Source of the DNA: Anaerolineae bacterium
GTDB lineage: Bacteria > Chloroflexota > Anaerolineae > Aggregatilineales > J027
Length of the DNA: 58,067 nucleotides
Reading direction: 5' to 3'
Assembly: GCA_034437075.1 (NCBI GenBank)
Contig: DAOTVD010000126.1
Coordinates: 1-58,067, forward strand
The translations under genes and the position numbers were made by a program. Below the pieces are notes generated by a model. That model saw nothing but the letters and a program-made list of their open reading frames with translations. It was not told the origin of the DNA and searched no databases. This document shows positions 30,281-40,467 of this stretch, piece by piece (the stretch's first letter is position 1; the number at the start of each line of letters is the position of its first letter).

Positions 30281-31744
30281 ATGTCCTCTTATAGCCAATT
30301 GACACCTAGCCCGGACGCTATCGCGCCCTTATTCGAGCAAGGCGACCTCGTCCCGGTGTATCGCCTATTGCCCGCCGACCTCGAAACGCCTGTTTCGATC
30401 TTTTTGAAATTATTTCAAGAAGACCAGCCCGCGTTTTTGCTCGAAAGCGTGGAAGGCGGCGAGCAAATCAGCCGCTATTCGTTCATTGGCGTGCAACCAC
30501 GCCGCCTACTGACCCCCGCCACCACACCGGATGGCGACGTGCTGGCCGCTGTGCGCGCCGAAATCACGCGCTATACGCCCGTGCCCATCCCAGGGATGCC
30601 GCGCCTGGCCGGGGGCGCGGTCGGGTACATGAGCTACGACATCATCCGCCGCTTCGAAGACATCCCCGACGCCACGCTGAATGATGTGGCCGTGCCCGAA
30701 GCCATGTTCATGCTTTTCGACAGCGTGATTATGTTCGACCATGTGAAACCGCGCCTGGTGGTGATGGTCAATGCCTATAACGCAGGCGACCCCCAAGCCG
30801 CTTACGAAAGCGCCGCCGCCCGCGTGGATGACCTCGTCGCGCGCATTCGCCAGCCCATGCCCGCGCTAGAGCGCTCGGCGGCGGTGCTGGATGAAGAACT
30901 CGTCTCGACCTTCGAACAAAGCGAATTCGAAGATGCCGTCGAACGCGCCAAAGAATACATCCGGGCTGGGGATGCCTTTCAAATTGTGCTTTCGCAGCGC
31001 CTTTCGCGGCGCACGACCGCCTCGCAAAGCGCCATCTACCGCGCATTGCGCTTGCTGAACCCCTCGCCGTATATGTTTTTGCTGCACTACCCCGCCACGG
31101 ATGAACACGAAACGCTGAGCATTGTCGGTGCCTCGCCCGAGATGCTCGTCCGCCTGGAAGACGGCATCGCCACCGTGCGCCCCATCGCGGGGACGCGCAA
31201 ACGCGGCGCCACCCCCGAAGCAGACGACGCGCTAGCGGATGAATTGCTGAATGACCCCAAAGAGCGCGCCGAGCACATCATGCTGGTGGATTTGGGGCGC
31301 AACGACTTGGGCCGCGTCTGCGAATACGGCAGCGTGGAGGTGCCCGAAATGATGGTCATCGAGCGCTATTCGCACGTCATGCATATTGTTTCGGGCGTGC
31401 AGGGCCAACTTCGCCCCGAATATGACGCGGTTGATCTGCTGGGCGCGACCTTCCCCGCCGGCACCCTGAGCGGCGCGCCGAAAATCCGCGCCATGGAGAT
31501 TATCGACGAACTAGAGAAAACGCGCCGCAATGTCTACGGCGGCGGCATCGGCTATTTCAGCTTTAGCGGCAGCATGGATACCTGCATCGCGATTCGCACG
31601 CTCGTCAAAGTGGGGGATCGGGTCTATGTGCAGGCTGGGGCGGGCATCGTCGCGGATAGTGACCCGGCCTCCGAATATCATGAATGCCTGAACAAAGCGC
31701 GCGCCCTGGCGGATGCCATCCAACTAGCCGAGGAGGATTTTTAA
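30281..31744 (+). CDS. trpE: Anthranilate synthase component I
   Basis: FLLES and NPSPYM Trp-feedback motifs, PIAGTRKRG, AEHIMLVDLGRND, GTLSGAPK. Start set at ATG 30281 after AAAGGTG; the track's extension overlaps the T-box. Confidence 0.95.
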   Translation: MSSYSQLTPSPDAIAPLFEQGDLVPVYRLLPADLETPVSIFLKLFQEDQPAFLLESVEGGEQISRYSFIGVQPRRLLTPATTPDGDVLAAVRAEITRYTPVPIPGMPRLAGGAVGYMSYDIIRRFEDIPDATLNDVAVPEAMFMLFDSVIMFDHVKPRLVVMVNAYNAGDPQAAYESAAARVDDLVARIRQPMPALERSAAVLDEELVSTFEQSEFEDAVERAKEYIRAGDAFQIVLSQRLSRRTTASQSAIYRALRLLNPSPYMFLLHYPATDEHETLSIVGASPEMLVRLEDGIATVRPIAGTRKRGATPEADDALADELLNDPKERAEHIMLVDLGRNDLGRVCEYGSVEVPEMMVIERYSHVMHIVSGVQGQLRPEYDAVDLLGATFPAGTLSGAPKIRAMEIIDELEKTRRNVYGGGIGYFSFSGSMDTCIAIRTLVKVGDRVYVQAGAGIVADSDPASEYHECLNKARALADAIQLAEEDF

Positions 31745-31775
31745 CGCATGCAACTATTGATTATCGACATCGCTT

Positions 31776-31799
31776 GTAGGGGCGAGGCCCGCCTCGCCC
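31776..31799 (+). repeat. GTAG-family REP element
   Basis: GTAG followed by hairpin GGGCGAGGC-CC-GCCTCGCCC in the trpE-trpG spacer. Confidence 0.7.
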
Positions 31800-31833
31800 A
31801 AAATCACCATCGCGAATAAGGATTTTTTGAGCC

Positions 31834-32403
31834 ATGCAACTGCTCATCATCGACAATTACGACAGCTTTACCTATAACCTGGCGCAAGCCTTCGGCAAAC
31901 TGCGCGCCGATGTCGCCGTGCATCGCAACGATAAGATTACGCTAGAGGACATCGAGCGCCTAGCGCCCGAGCGCATCGTCATTTCGCCGGGGCCGGGCAC
32001 GCCGGACGACGGCGGCATCTCGCTAGATGTGTTGGCGCGTATCTCCAGCGGTACGCCGACCCTGGGCGTGTGCCTGGGGCATCAATGCATCGGCCAAGCC
32101 TTCGGCGGGCAGGTGGTGCGCGCGCCGCGCCTGATGCACGGCAAAACCTCGGAGGTGTATCACCAGGGACATCCCATTTTTCGGGGCGTGCCCAATCCAT
32201 TTATCGCCACGCGCTACCATAGTTTGATCGTGCAAGACCCCGTGCCGGAAGAACTCGACGTCATCGCGCAGACCGCCGAAGGGGAAATCATGGCTTTGCG
32301 CCATAAAACCTTGCCCATCATCGGTGTGCAGTTTCACCCCGAAAGCATCCTGACGGAATACGGCCCGCGCATCATGCAAAATTTCCTGGAAGGGCGGTAT
32401 TAA
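31834..32403 (+). CDS. trpG: Anthranilate synthase glutamine amidotransferase component II
   Basis: IIDNYDSFTYNL, SPGPG, GVCLGHQ and QFHPES. Confidence 0.96.
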   Translation: MQLLIIDNYDSFTYNLAQAFGKLRADVAVHRNDKITLEDIERLAPERIVISPGPGTPDDGGISLDVLARISSGTPTLGVCLGHQCIGQAFGGQVVRAPRLMHGKTSEVYHQGHPIFRGVPNPFIATRYHSLIVQDPVPEELDVIAQTAEGEIMALRHKTLPIIGVQFHPESILTEYGPRIMQNFLEGRY

Positions 32404-33426
32404 ATGATCGTCATTATGCAAGCGGACGCCACCGGCAAACAAGCCCTGGACGTGGTGACGCGCGTTAAGCAGTTGGGCTACGATGTGCACATCAGCGAAA
32501 GCGGCGCGCAAACCATCATCGGGATTGTGGATGGCCAGGCGCGCGTAGACCCCGAAAAAGTCGTCGCGCTGAAGTTGATCGCGGGTGTGGCGGACATCAT
32601 GCCCGGCTCGCATCCGTTTAAGCTGGCCAGCCGCGAATATCACCCCGAAGCCACGCGCGTGCGCTTGGGCGGCATCGACTTCGGCGGCGCGACCATCGGC
32701 ATTATCGCCGGGCCGTGTTCGGTGGAAAGCCGCGCGCAAATCCTGGAAAGCGCGCACGCGGTCAAGGAGGCGGGCGCGGTGGCCCTGCGGGGTGGCGCGT
32801 TTAAGCCGCGCACCTCGCCATTTTCGTTCCAGGGGATGGGCGAGGAAGGGCTGAAGCTACTGGCCGAAGCCCGCGAGCAAACCGGTTTGCCCGTCGTCAC
32901 CGAAGTGATGGACTCGAATCTGGTGCCGTTGGTCTGCGAATATGCCGATGTGTTGCAGGTGGGCGCGCGGAATATGCAAAACTACGCGCTGCTAAACGCG
33001 GTAGGCAGTTCCGGCCATCCGGTGTTGCTCAAGCGCGGGATGAGCAGCACGATTCAGGAATTGCTCATGGCCGCCGATTACATCCTCAGCCACCACAACC
33101 CCAACGTGATGCTCTGCGAGCGCGGCATCCGCACGTTCGAGACGGCCACGCGCAACACGTTTGACCTCAACGCGATTCCTGTGCTGAAAGCACAAACGCA
33201 CCTGCCCATCATCGCCGATCCCAGCCACGCGACGGGCAAATCGGAATATGTCGAAGCGGCATCGCTGGCGGCCATCGCGGCGGGCGCGGATGGGCTGATT
33301 ATTGAAGTACACCCCGACCCCGCCAATGCCATGTCGGACGGACGGCAAAGCCTGGCCCCGGAGGCGTTCGCGAAGCTAGTGCGCCGCGCGCAGCGCATCG
33401 CGGATGCCGTAGAAAGAGAGCTCTAG
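32404..33426 (+). CDS. aroF: DAHP synthase class I-beta with N-terminal regulatory domain
   Basis: [38 protein letters not shown] and EVHPDP. Confidence 0.95.
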   Translation: MIVIMQADATGKQALDVVTRVKQLGYDVHISESGAQTIIGIVDGQARVDPEKVVALKLIAGVADIMPGSHPFKLASREYHPEATRVRLGGIDFGGATIGIIAGPCSVESRAQILESAHAVKEAGAVALRGGAFKPRTSPFSFQGMGEEGLKLLAEAREQTGLPVVTEVMDSNLVPLVCEYADVLQVGARNMQNYALLNAVGSSGHPVLLKRGMSSTIQELLMAADYILSHHNPNVMLCERGIRTFETATRNTFDLNAIPVLKAQTHLPIIADPSHATGKSEYVEAASLAAIAAGADGLIIEVHPDPANAMSDGRQSLAPEAFAKLVRRAQRIADAVEREL

Positions 33427-33430
33427 CGCC

Positions 33431-34285
33431 ATGTGGCTTAAAGATTGTCATGTGCATATCGTGGGCCTGGGCCTGATGGGCGCTTCGTTGGCGCTGGCCC
33501 TGCGCGGCAAGGTCGCGCGCCGCTCGGGGAGTGACATCGACACGGCAGTAGTACACGAAGCCATAGCCGACGGCACCATTGACGCCAGCGGCGAACGCGA
33601 ACAGGCCGACATCGTGGTGCTCGCCGCGCCCGCCGATGCCAATCTGCGCCTGCTGGCAGAACTCGCGCTCAAGCCCGGCGCGCTGGTCATCGACCTGGGG
33701 GGCAGCAAAACCGCCATTTGTAATCTGATGGATACGTTACCCGAGCATATCACCGCCGTGGGCGGGCACCCCATGTGCGGTATCGCAGAAAACGGCTACC
33801 AGAACGCCTTCGCGACCCTCTACGCCGGGGCGCGTTTCATCCTGTGCGCCACCGTGCGCACGACCGACACCGCGCGCGGCCTGGCCGAGCAACTCGTCGC
33901 GGCCTGCGGGGCCATGCCGCTATGGATGGATCGCGCACGCCACGACCAAACCGCCGGGGCGATTAGCCATCTGCCGCACCTGGTCAGCTTCGCGCTGATG
34001 CGCCTGGCGATGGGCCTTTCGGAGCAAAATGGCGATGTCTTCGAGATGGCGGCGGGCGGTTTCGACGGCGCGACACGCTTGGCCCGAACCAACGAAGCCA
34101 TGATTAGCGGCATGTTCCTCACCAACGAGGCACAATTACGCGCATTAGTGGACGATTTACGCCGCCATTTGGACGATCTGACAGCATTGCTTGACGATCC
34201 GCCCGCCTTGCGCGCAGAATTAGAACGCATCGTCGCTGCCCGCCGCGCTTATACCGAGCAATATGGCGAGCGTATGATTACTTAA
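33431..34285 (+). CDS. tyrA: Prephenate/arogenate dehydrogenase
   Basis: IVGLGLMGASLA, DLGGSK, GGHPMCG, HDQTAGAISHLPH and GATRLA. Confidence 0.92.
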   Translation: MWLKDCHVHIVGLGLMGASLALALRGKVARRSGSDIDTAVVHEAIADGTIDASGEREQADIVVLAAPADANLRLLAELALKPGALVIDLGGSKTAICNLMDTLPEHITAVGGHPMCGIAENGYQNAFATLYAGARFILCATVRTTDTARGLAEQLVAACGAMPLWMDRARHDQTAGAISHLPHLVSFALMRLAMGLSEQNGDVFEMAAGGFDGATRLARTNEAMISGMFLTNEAQLRALVDDLRRHLDDLTALLDDPPALRAELERIVAARRAYTEQYGERMIT

Positions 34286-34306
34286 CCACGGAGCGAATGA
34301 ACGGCC

Positions 34307-35638
34307 ATGGCAACCTTAACCATCCGACCCGGAAACCCCCTGGCCGGGCACCTCAGCGTCCCCGGCGATAAGTCGATTTCGCATCGTGTGCTGATGTTGG
34401 GCGCGCTAGCGAATGGCGTCACCGAAGTGCGCGGCTGGCTGCCCGCCGGGGATACACGCGCCACGCTCAGCGCGGTGTGCAATATCGGCGCCACGGTGGA
34501 AAGACACGACGATACGACGCTTAGCGTCCATGGCGGCAATTTGCAAGCGCCCGACATCCCGCTGGATTTCGTCAACGCCGGTACGGGCATTCGCTTGATG
34601 GCAGGTGTCATGGCCGGGTTGCCCTTTGCCGCCACCCTGGACGGTAGCGCCCAACTCCGCCGCCGCCCCATGACGCGCGTGACCGACCCACTCCGGCAAA
34701 TGGGCGCGGCCATCTCCGACACGGATGGCAAAGCGCCGCTCCATGTCTCGCCCGCGCCCTTGCAGGGTATCCATTACACCTTGCCCATGCCCAGCGCGCA
34801 GGTCAAAAGCTGTATTTTGCTGGCGGGGCTGTTCGCAAATGGCCCGACATCGGTCACCGAACCCGGCCCTGGGCGCGACCATACCGAAAATATGCTGCGG
34901 GCGATGGGCGTAAAGCTCACCGTAGACGGCGCGACGATCACCGTGCAACCCGCCTTCCGCGTGGATCATACGGCGCACACGCTAACGCCCCTAGCCGAAC
35001 TGCAACCGTTTGATCTCACCGTGCCCGGCGATTTTTCTTCGGCGGCCTTTCTCATCATCGCGGGGGCGCTGGCCGCCGCCGCGCCGATCACGCTGACGGG
35101 CATAAACACCAACCCCCGCCGCACGGGGCTGCTGGATGTATTGGCCCGCATGGGCGCGACGGTCGAGCAGAGCAACCCGCGCGACGAAGGCGGCGAACCT
35201 GTCGCCGATTTGATCGTTGCGCAACATCAGCTACAGGGCACCACGGTCGGCGGGGATGAGGTCGTGCGCATGATTGACGAATTTCCCGCGCTGATGGTCG
35301 CCGCCACCCAAGCCCAGGGCGCAACCCACGTTCGCGAGGCCGAAGAACTGCGCGTCAAAGAGACTGACCGCATCGCGGTTATGGCCGACGAACTGCGCAA
35401 AATGGGCGCGACCATTGACGAACAAACAGACGGCTTCCGCGTGACGGGCCCGCAAGCCTTGCGCGGCGCGGTCGTGGACGCGCATGATGATCACCGCATT
35501 GGGATGAGCCTGGCAATTGCCGCGCTGCTGGCCGAAGGCGAAACGACCATACAAGATGCCGGCTGCATTCATGACTCATTCCCAGGTTTCGAAGACGCAT
35601 TAACGCAATTGGGAGTCGATTTAACATGGCAGAATTAA
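34307..35638 (+). CDS. aroA: EPSP synthase
   Basis: PGDKSISHR, NAGTGIR, SAQVKS, RDHTE, PGDFSSA, KETDR and DHRIGM. Confidence 0.98.
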   Translation: MATLTIRPGNPLAGHLSVPGDKSISHRVLMLGALANGVTEVRGWLPAGDTRATLSAVCNIGATVERHDDTTLSVHGGNLQAPDIPLDFVNAGTGIRLMAGVMAGLPFAATLDGSAQLRRRPMTRVTDPLRQMGAAISDTDGKAPLHVSPAPLQGIHYTLPMPSAQVKSCILLAGLFANGPTSVTEPGPGRDHTENMLRAMGVKLTVDGATITVQPAFRVDHTAHTLTPLAELQPFDLTVPGDFSSAAFLIIAGALAAAAPITLTGINTNPRRTGLLDVLARMGATVEQSNPRDEGGEPVADLIVAQHQLQGTTVGGDEVVRMIDEFPALMVAATQAQGATHVREAEELRVKETDRIAVMADELRKMGATIDEQTDGFRVTGPQALRGAVVDAHDDHRIGMSLAIAALLAEGETTIQDAGCIHDSFPGFEDALTQLGVDLTWQN

Positions 35639-36510
35639 ACAAAGTCGGGCTTATCGGTTGGCCCGCCGATTACAGCGTCTCGCCCGCGATGCATAACGCC
35701 GCGTTTGCTGACCTGGGCCTGGAAAATTGGCAGTACGAACTGCTGCCGACCCCGCCCAATGAACTCAAAGAGCGTTTGCTGCATCTGCGCGCGCAAGGCT
35801 ACATCGGCGCCAACGTGACCGTCCCCCACAAGCAGACGATTATCCCCTTGCTGGATGGCGCGGTGCTCTCGGCGCGCGGCGTGAACGCCGTCAATACGCT
35901 GATTATCGAAGGCGGCAAAATCGAGGGGCACAACACCGACGTATATGGCATCCGTGCCGACCTAGAAGCGCATGGCGTCGTCCTGAAAGACTTAAAAGCG
36001 CTCGTCCTGGGCGCGGGCGGCGCGGCCCATGCAGCGGTGCTGGCCCTAGCCAACGCGGGCGCGGATGTCACAGTGACGAACCGCCACACCCAACGCGCTT
36101 GGGATTTATATCGTAACATCCGGCGCGGTGTCTCTAGCCAATATCGCGTCAACGTGCAAGAGCGCACGGCGTTGGCGCGCATAGCCCCGAACATGGAATT
36201 GGTCATCAACTGCACGCCCGCCGGGATGTACCCCATTTATACGGATGTCTCGCCCTGGCCAGCCGACGTACCCATCCCCAGCGAGATGATGGTTTACGAC
36301 ATGGTCTATCGCCCGTTGGTGACGCGCTTCATGCAGCAAGCCCTGGATGCGGGCGCGACGGCGGTCGGCGGGTTGGGGATGTTGGTGCACCAAGGCGCGG
36401 CGGCCTTCCAACTATGGACGGGGCGCGAACCCTCGGTGGACATCATGCGCGCCGCCGCCGAAGCCGAAATCAAGCGCAGCGAAGAAAACGACAAGCTCGA
36501 CGCCTCGTAA
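35626..36510 (+). CDS. aroE: Shikimate dehydrogenase
   Basis: SVSPAMHN, GANVTVPHK, NAVNT, NTDVYG, GAGGAA and DMVYRP. Confidence 0.96.
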   Translation: MAELNKVGLIGWPADYSVSPAMHNAAFADLGLENWQYELLPTPPNELKERLLHLRAQGYIGANVTVPHKQTIIPLLDGAVLSARGVNAVNTLIIEGGKIEGHNTDVYGIRADLEAHGVVLKDLKALVLGAGGAAHAAVLALANAGADVTVTNRHTQRAWDLYRNIRRGVSSQYRVNVQERTALARIAPNMELVINCTPAGMYPIYTDVSPWPADVPIPSEMMVYDMVYRPLVTRFMQQALDAGATAVGGLGMLVHQGAAAFQLWTGREPSVDIMRAAAEAEIKRSEENDKLDAS

Positions 36511-36540
36511 AGTCAGCCAAAAGGAAGCCAAAAAACGCCT

Positions 36541-37719
36541 ATGTTACGCTATCTGACGGCAGGCGAAAGCCACGGCCCCGAACTCAACGCCATCTTAGAA
36601 GGTTTGCCCGCCGGGCTACCCCTGGCCCCCGATGACCTGAACGCCGACCTGGCCCGCCGCCAAAAGGGCTATGGCAGCGGGGGCCGTATGCAGATCGAGA
36701 AAGACGCGGTTCGCATCACCAGCGGCCTCATGCGCGGCCAGACCACCGGCGGCCCCCTGGCCATGACCGTCATCAACCGCGATTGGAAAAACTGGGCCGA
36801 AAAAGACATCCCGCCCCTGACGACCCCCCGGCCCGGCCATGCCGACCTCACCGGGGCCATTAAATATGGCTACGAAGATTTGCGCCTCTCGCTGGAACGG
36901 GCCAGCGCGCGCGAAACGACCACCCGCGTCGCGGTTGGCGCGGTCTGTAAAAAGTTTCTGGGTGAATTTGGCATCACGGTCGGCGGCTATGTGGCCGCGA
37001 TTGGCGGCGTGCATGCTCAGCTAGACCCCAGCATGCCCTATGCCGAACGCTATCGCCGCGCCGAGGAGGAATCCAGCGTGCGCTGCCCCGACCCCGACGC
37101 CACCGAACGCATCGAAGCGGCCATTCGCCAGGCCAAGGTCGATAAAGATACGCTCGGCGGGGTCATCGAGGTCTTTGTATTGGGTTTGCCGCCCGGCCTG
37201 GGCAGCCATGTGCATTACGACCGCCGCCTGACCGGGCAATTACTCGCGGCGGTGGGCAGCGTGCAATCCATGAAAGGCGCGGAAATCGGCCCGGCTTTTG
37301 CCAACGCGGACGGACGCGGCACGCAAGTCCATGACGAGATCACACGTGCGCCGGATGGCAGCCTGCACCGCCGCACGAATCGCGCGGGTGGGCTAGAAGG
37401 CGGCATCACCACCGGCGAACCGCTGATCGTGCGCGCGGCCATGAAGCCCATCAGCACCACACTCACCCCCCTGGCTACGGTTGATTTGGCTAGCGGCGAA
37501 CCTGGCCAGACCGTCTACGAACGCAGCGACTTTTGCGCCACACCGCGCGCGGTGGTCGTCATTGAAGCCGTAGTCGCCTTTGTGATGGCCAATGCCTTGC
37601 TAGAAAAACTCGGCGGTGATAGCCTGAAAGAAATGCGCCCCCGCTTCGAGGCACTCCGCCGGGGTCACCCCGATGACCTGCCCATGTGGAACGAACCCTG
37701 GCGCTTTGGCTACGAATAA
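36541..37719 (+). CDS. aroC: Chorismate synthase
   Basis: TAGESHG, RPGHAD, RASARET, GGLEGGIT and MKPIST. Confidence 0.98.
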   Translation: MLRYLTAGESHGPELNAILEGLPAGLPLAPDDLNADLARRQKGYGSGGRMQIEKDAVRITSGLMRGQTTGGPLAMTVINRDWKNWAEKDIPPLTTPRPGHADLTGAIKYGYEDLRLSLERASARETTTRVAVGAVCKKFLGEFGITVGGYVAAIGGVHAQLDPSMPYAERYRRAEEESSVRCPDPDATERIEAAIRQAKVDKDTLGGVIEVFVLGLPPGLGSHVHYDRRLTGQLLAAVGSVQSMKGAEIGPAFANADGRGTQVHDEITRAPDGSLHRRTNRAGGLEGGITTGEPLIVRAAMKPISTTLTPLATVDLASGEPGQTVYERSDFCATPRAVVVIEAVVAFVMANALLEKLGGDSLKEMRPRFEALRRGHPDDLPMWNEPWRFGYE

Positions 37720-37769
37720 TGCGAAGATCGACAAGACTTAACGAACATATCCTATAGAAAGTTAAACTT

Positions 37770-39353
37770 ATGCCAGCAGAATATAACTTGATCATCACCG
37801 GCTTTATGGGGGTGGGTAAAACCACCGTGGGCCAGCATATCGCCGCGCAATTAGGCCGCCCCTTTGTGGATACCGACGACATCATCAGCGAACGCCTGGG
37901 CAAAAACGTGCCGGACATCTTCGCCGCCTATGGCGAACCGTTTTTTCGCGCGCTGGAAGCCAGCATCGCCCGCGAATTTGCCACGCCGCAAGGGCTGGTT
38001 ATCGCTACGGGGGGCGGCACCCTGACCAATTACGAGAATATGCGCGCTATCAGCGGCCCGGGTAACGTCATCTTTTGCCTGAATGCGCCGCTGGATGATA
38101 TTTTCGCGCGCTTAGAAAAAGACACGCGCCGCCGCCCGATGATCGACCAACAAGGCGACCCGCGCGCCGCCGCCCAAGCCCTACTCGCCCAACGCCAGCC
38201 ACTCTACGCGCGCATCCGCCGCCACATCGACACCGGAGGCCGCCGCGTGGAGGACATCGCCGCCGAAATCATCGAAATATATAACGCCGAAGTCGCGCGC
38301 AATGCCATTCGCCTGCCCGTACATACCCCCACCAACTACTACCACATCTACATCGAGAATGGCATCATGGGCCAAATGCCCGAATTGCTAGCAGCCCATG
38401 CCCTGGACGGTCGGCGCACGCTCGTGGTGACCAATCTGACGCTAGCGCCGCTCTATGGTGAGCAGATGGCCGCCGCGCTGCCCCATGCCCAACTCATCAC
38501 CATCCCAGATGGCGAGCAGTACAAGAGCATTCCCATTGCCGAGCAACTGTATAAAGATTTTGCCGCCGCTGGGCTAGACCGCAACGGCGTGGTCATCGCG
38601 CTGGGGGGCGGCGTGGTGGGGGATACGGTGGGTTATGCGGCGGCGACGTATATGCGCGGTGTGGATGTGGTGCAAGTGCCGACCAGCTTACTGGCCATGG
38701 TCGATTCCTCCGTGGGGGGCAAGGTGGCCGTGGATATGCCCGAGGGCAAGAATCTTGTCGGTGCCTTCAAACAGCCCGAACTGGTCGTCGTTGATCCTGA
38801 TGTGCTGGGTACGCTGCCGCCCGCCGAAGTCCGCGCGGGCTTGGCGGAGGCCATCAAGCATGGATTGCTGGCCGACCCTGGGCTGTTGGATGAAATCGAA
38901 GGTATCGCGGTGGGGGATGCGGGCTTGCTGCGGCGGGCTGTGCAAGTCAAGGTAGATGTCGTAGAGCGCGACCCCTACGAAAGCGGCGAACGCGCGCACC
39001 TGAACCTGGGCCACACCTTCGCACATGCCATCGAGCGGCTGAGCAATTTTCAGTGGCGGCACGGCGAAGCGGTCGGCGTAGGGTTGGTGGCCGCCGCGCG
39101 GCTCTCGATGCATTTGGGCCGCCTGGCGGAAGACCAAGCCGAATACATCGAAAAGATTGTCGAAAAGGTGGGGCTACCCACGCGCATCAACGGCTTTGAC
39201 CCCGGCCATATGTGGGAGGCCATGCAGCTAGACAAAAAATGGCGCGATGGCGAATCGCATTTCGTGCTGCTAGATGGCATCGGCGCGCCCTGCCTGGTGC
39301 GCGGTGTCCCGCGTGAAGCCGTGACGACCATCCTAGAGGACATGCGGTCGTGA
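37770..39353 (+). CDS. aroB: Bifunctional shikimate kinase / 3-dehydroquinate synthase (AroK-AroB fusion)
   Basis: N-terminal GFMGVGKTTVG, FVDTD, ATGGG and RRP; C-terminal GGGVVGD, PTSLLAMVDSSVGGK, EAIKHG, LNLGHTFAHA and HGEAV. Confidence 0.96.
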   Translation: MPAEYNLIITGFMGVGKTTVGQHIAAQLGRPFVDTDDIISERLGKNVPDIFAAYGEPFFRALEASIAREFATPQGLVIATGGGTLTNYENMRAISGPGNVIFCLNAPLDDIFARLEKDTRRRPMIDQQGDPRAAAQALLAQRQPLYARIRRHIDTGGRRVEDIAAEIIEIYNAEVARNAIRLPVHTPTNYYHIYIENGIMGQMPELLAAHALDGRRTLVVTNLTLAPLYGEQMAAALPHAQLITIPDGEQYKSIPIAEQLYKDFAAAGLDRNGVVIALGGGVVGDTVGYAAATYMRGVDVVQVPTSLLAMVDSSVGGKVAVDMPEGKNLVGAFKQPELVVVDPDVLGTLPPAEVRAGLAEAIKHGLLADPGLLDEIEGIAVGDAGLLRRAVQVKVDVVERDPYESGERAHLNLGHTFAHAIERLSNFQWRHGEAVGVGLVAAARLSMHLGRLAEDQAEYIEKIVEKVGLPTRINGFDPGHMWEAMQLDKKWRDGESHFVLLDGIGAPCLVRGVPREAVTTILEDMRS

Positions 39354-40006
39354 ATTGCCCCATCTGTGCCGCGCCGCTAGACGCCTCACACACCAACACA
39401 CAGCGCGGCCTGGCCATTTGCGATACCTGCGACACCATATTCAGTCTGCCAGACGCCCCGCCGCACCCCGCGCCTGACCTCGGCCCGCGCCACGACTTGC
39501 AAGCCGCGCCGCAGGATGTCACGATCAGGACGCGCTGGTGGAGTCCTAATTTATGGCCTGTGCCCGCCCTTAGCGCCCTGTGGGCCGTGAGTGCGGTCAT
39601 CTGGCTGGGGAGTGGCCTGGCGAGTGGTGATCTGTTCATCACGCTTTCCGGCATACCCCATGCGACCATCGCGCTGGGGTTGGCATACTATAGCGCGACG
39701 CTCTATCGCAACACGACAACCACGTATTTTTCGCCGGACGGCCTGCGCATGACCCACGGCCCGCTGCCCCTGGCGCGCAACGTCCATGCCCGGCAAGCGT
39801 CTATTCAGCGGGTTTATGCCCGGCAGCGCTACCACCGCCGCAGTGATGAATTTAGCTATGGGGTGTACATCCGCTTGGCCAGCGGGCGCGACGAGGCCCT
39901 GCTGACTGGCCTACCCGAACCCGAAGCCGCACTGTATCTAGTGGACACCTTGCGCGCGCTGTGGGAAAATCCCGAAAAGGTACCCGAAAAGGTAAATGGA
40001 GATTAA
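39350..40006 (+). CDS. Hypothetical zinc-ribbon membrane protein
   Basis: CPIC...CDTC at the N-terminus and two TM segments; GTG start overlaps the aroB stop. Confidence 0.75.
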   Translation: MNCPICAAPLDASHTNTQRGLAICDTCDTIFSLPDAPPHPAPDLGPRHDLQAAPQDVTIRTRWWSPNLWPVPALSALWAVSAVIWLGSGLASGDLFITLSGIPHATIALGLAYYSATLYRNTTTTYFSPDGLRMTHGPLPLARNVHARQASIQRVYARQRYHRRSDEFSYGVYIRLASGRDEALLTGLPEPEAALYLVDTLRALWENPEKVPEKVNGD

Positions 40007-40009
40007 CCC

Positions 40010-40453
40010 ATGCATATCCTGATCTTGCACGGCCCGAATCTCAATCTGTTGGGCACGCGCGAACCAGAAATCTACGGCACAGCCACCCTAGCCGACATCG
40101 ACGACGCGCTCGAAAGCCTGGCCGCCGAACACGGCGCGACGTTGCGCGCGTTGCACTCCAACCATGAGGGCGTCCTGATTGACGCGCTGCACGAGGCGCG
40201 CGGTTGGGCGAACGGCGTGCTCATTAATCCGGGCGGGCTAACGCATACCTCGGTCGCGCTGCGCGATGCCGTCGCGGCGGTGGCTGTGCCCACCGTGGAA
40301 TGCCACCTGTCGAACATCGCCGCGCGCGAAGCCTTCCGCGCGCATTCATACCTCACGGGGGTTTGCCTGGGCGCGGTCAGCGGCTTCGGCCCGCAGAGCT
40401 ATACGCTTGGCTTACTGGCCCTCATCCAGCACCTGAAGCGGAGTCTTCCATGA
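40010..40453 (+). CDS. aroQ: Type II 3-dehydroquinate dehydratase
   Basis: [32 protein letters not shown] and ECHLSN. Confidence 0.98.
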   Translation: MHILILHGPNLNLLGTREPEIYGTATLADIDDALESLAAEHGATLRALHSNHEGVLIDALHEARGWANGVLINPGGLTHTSVALRDAVAAVAVPTVECHLSNIAAREAFRAHSYLTGVCLGAVSGFGPQSYTLGLLALIQHLKRSLP

Positions 40454-40467
40454 ACGTGTAATCAGAC

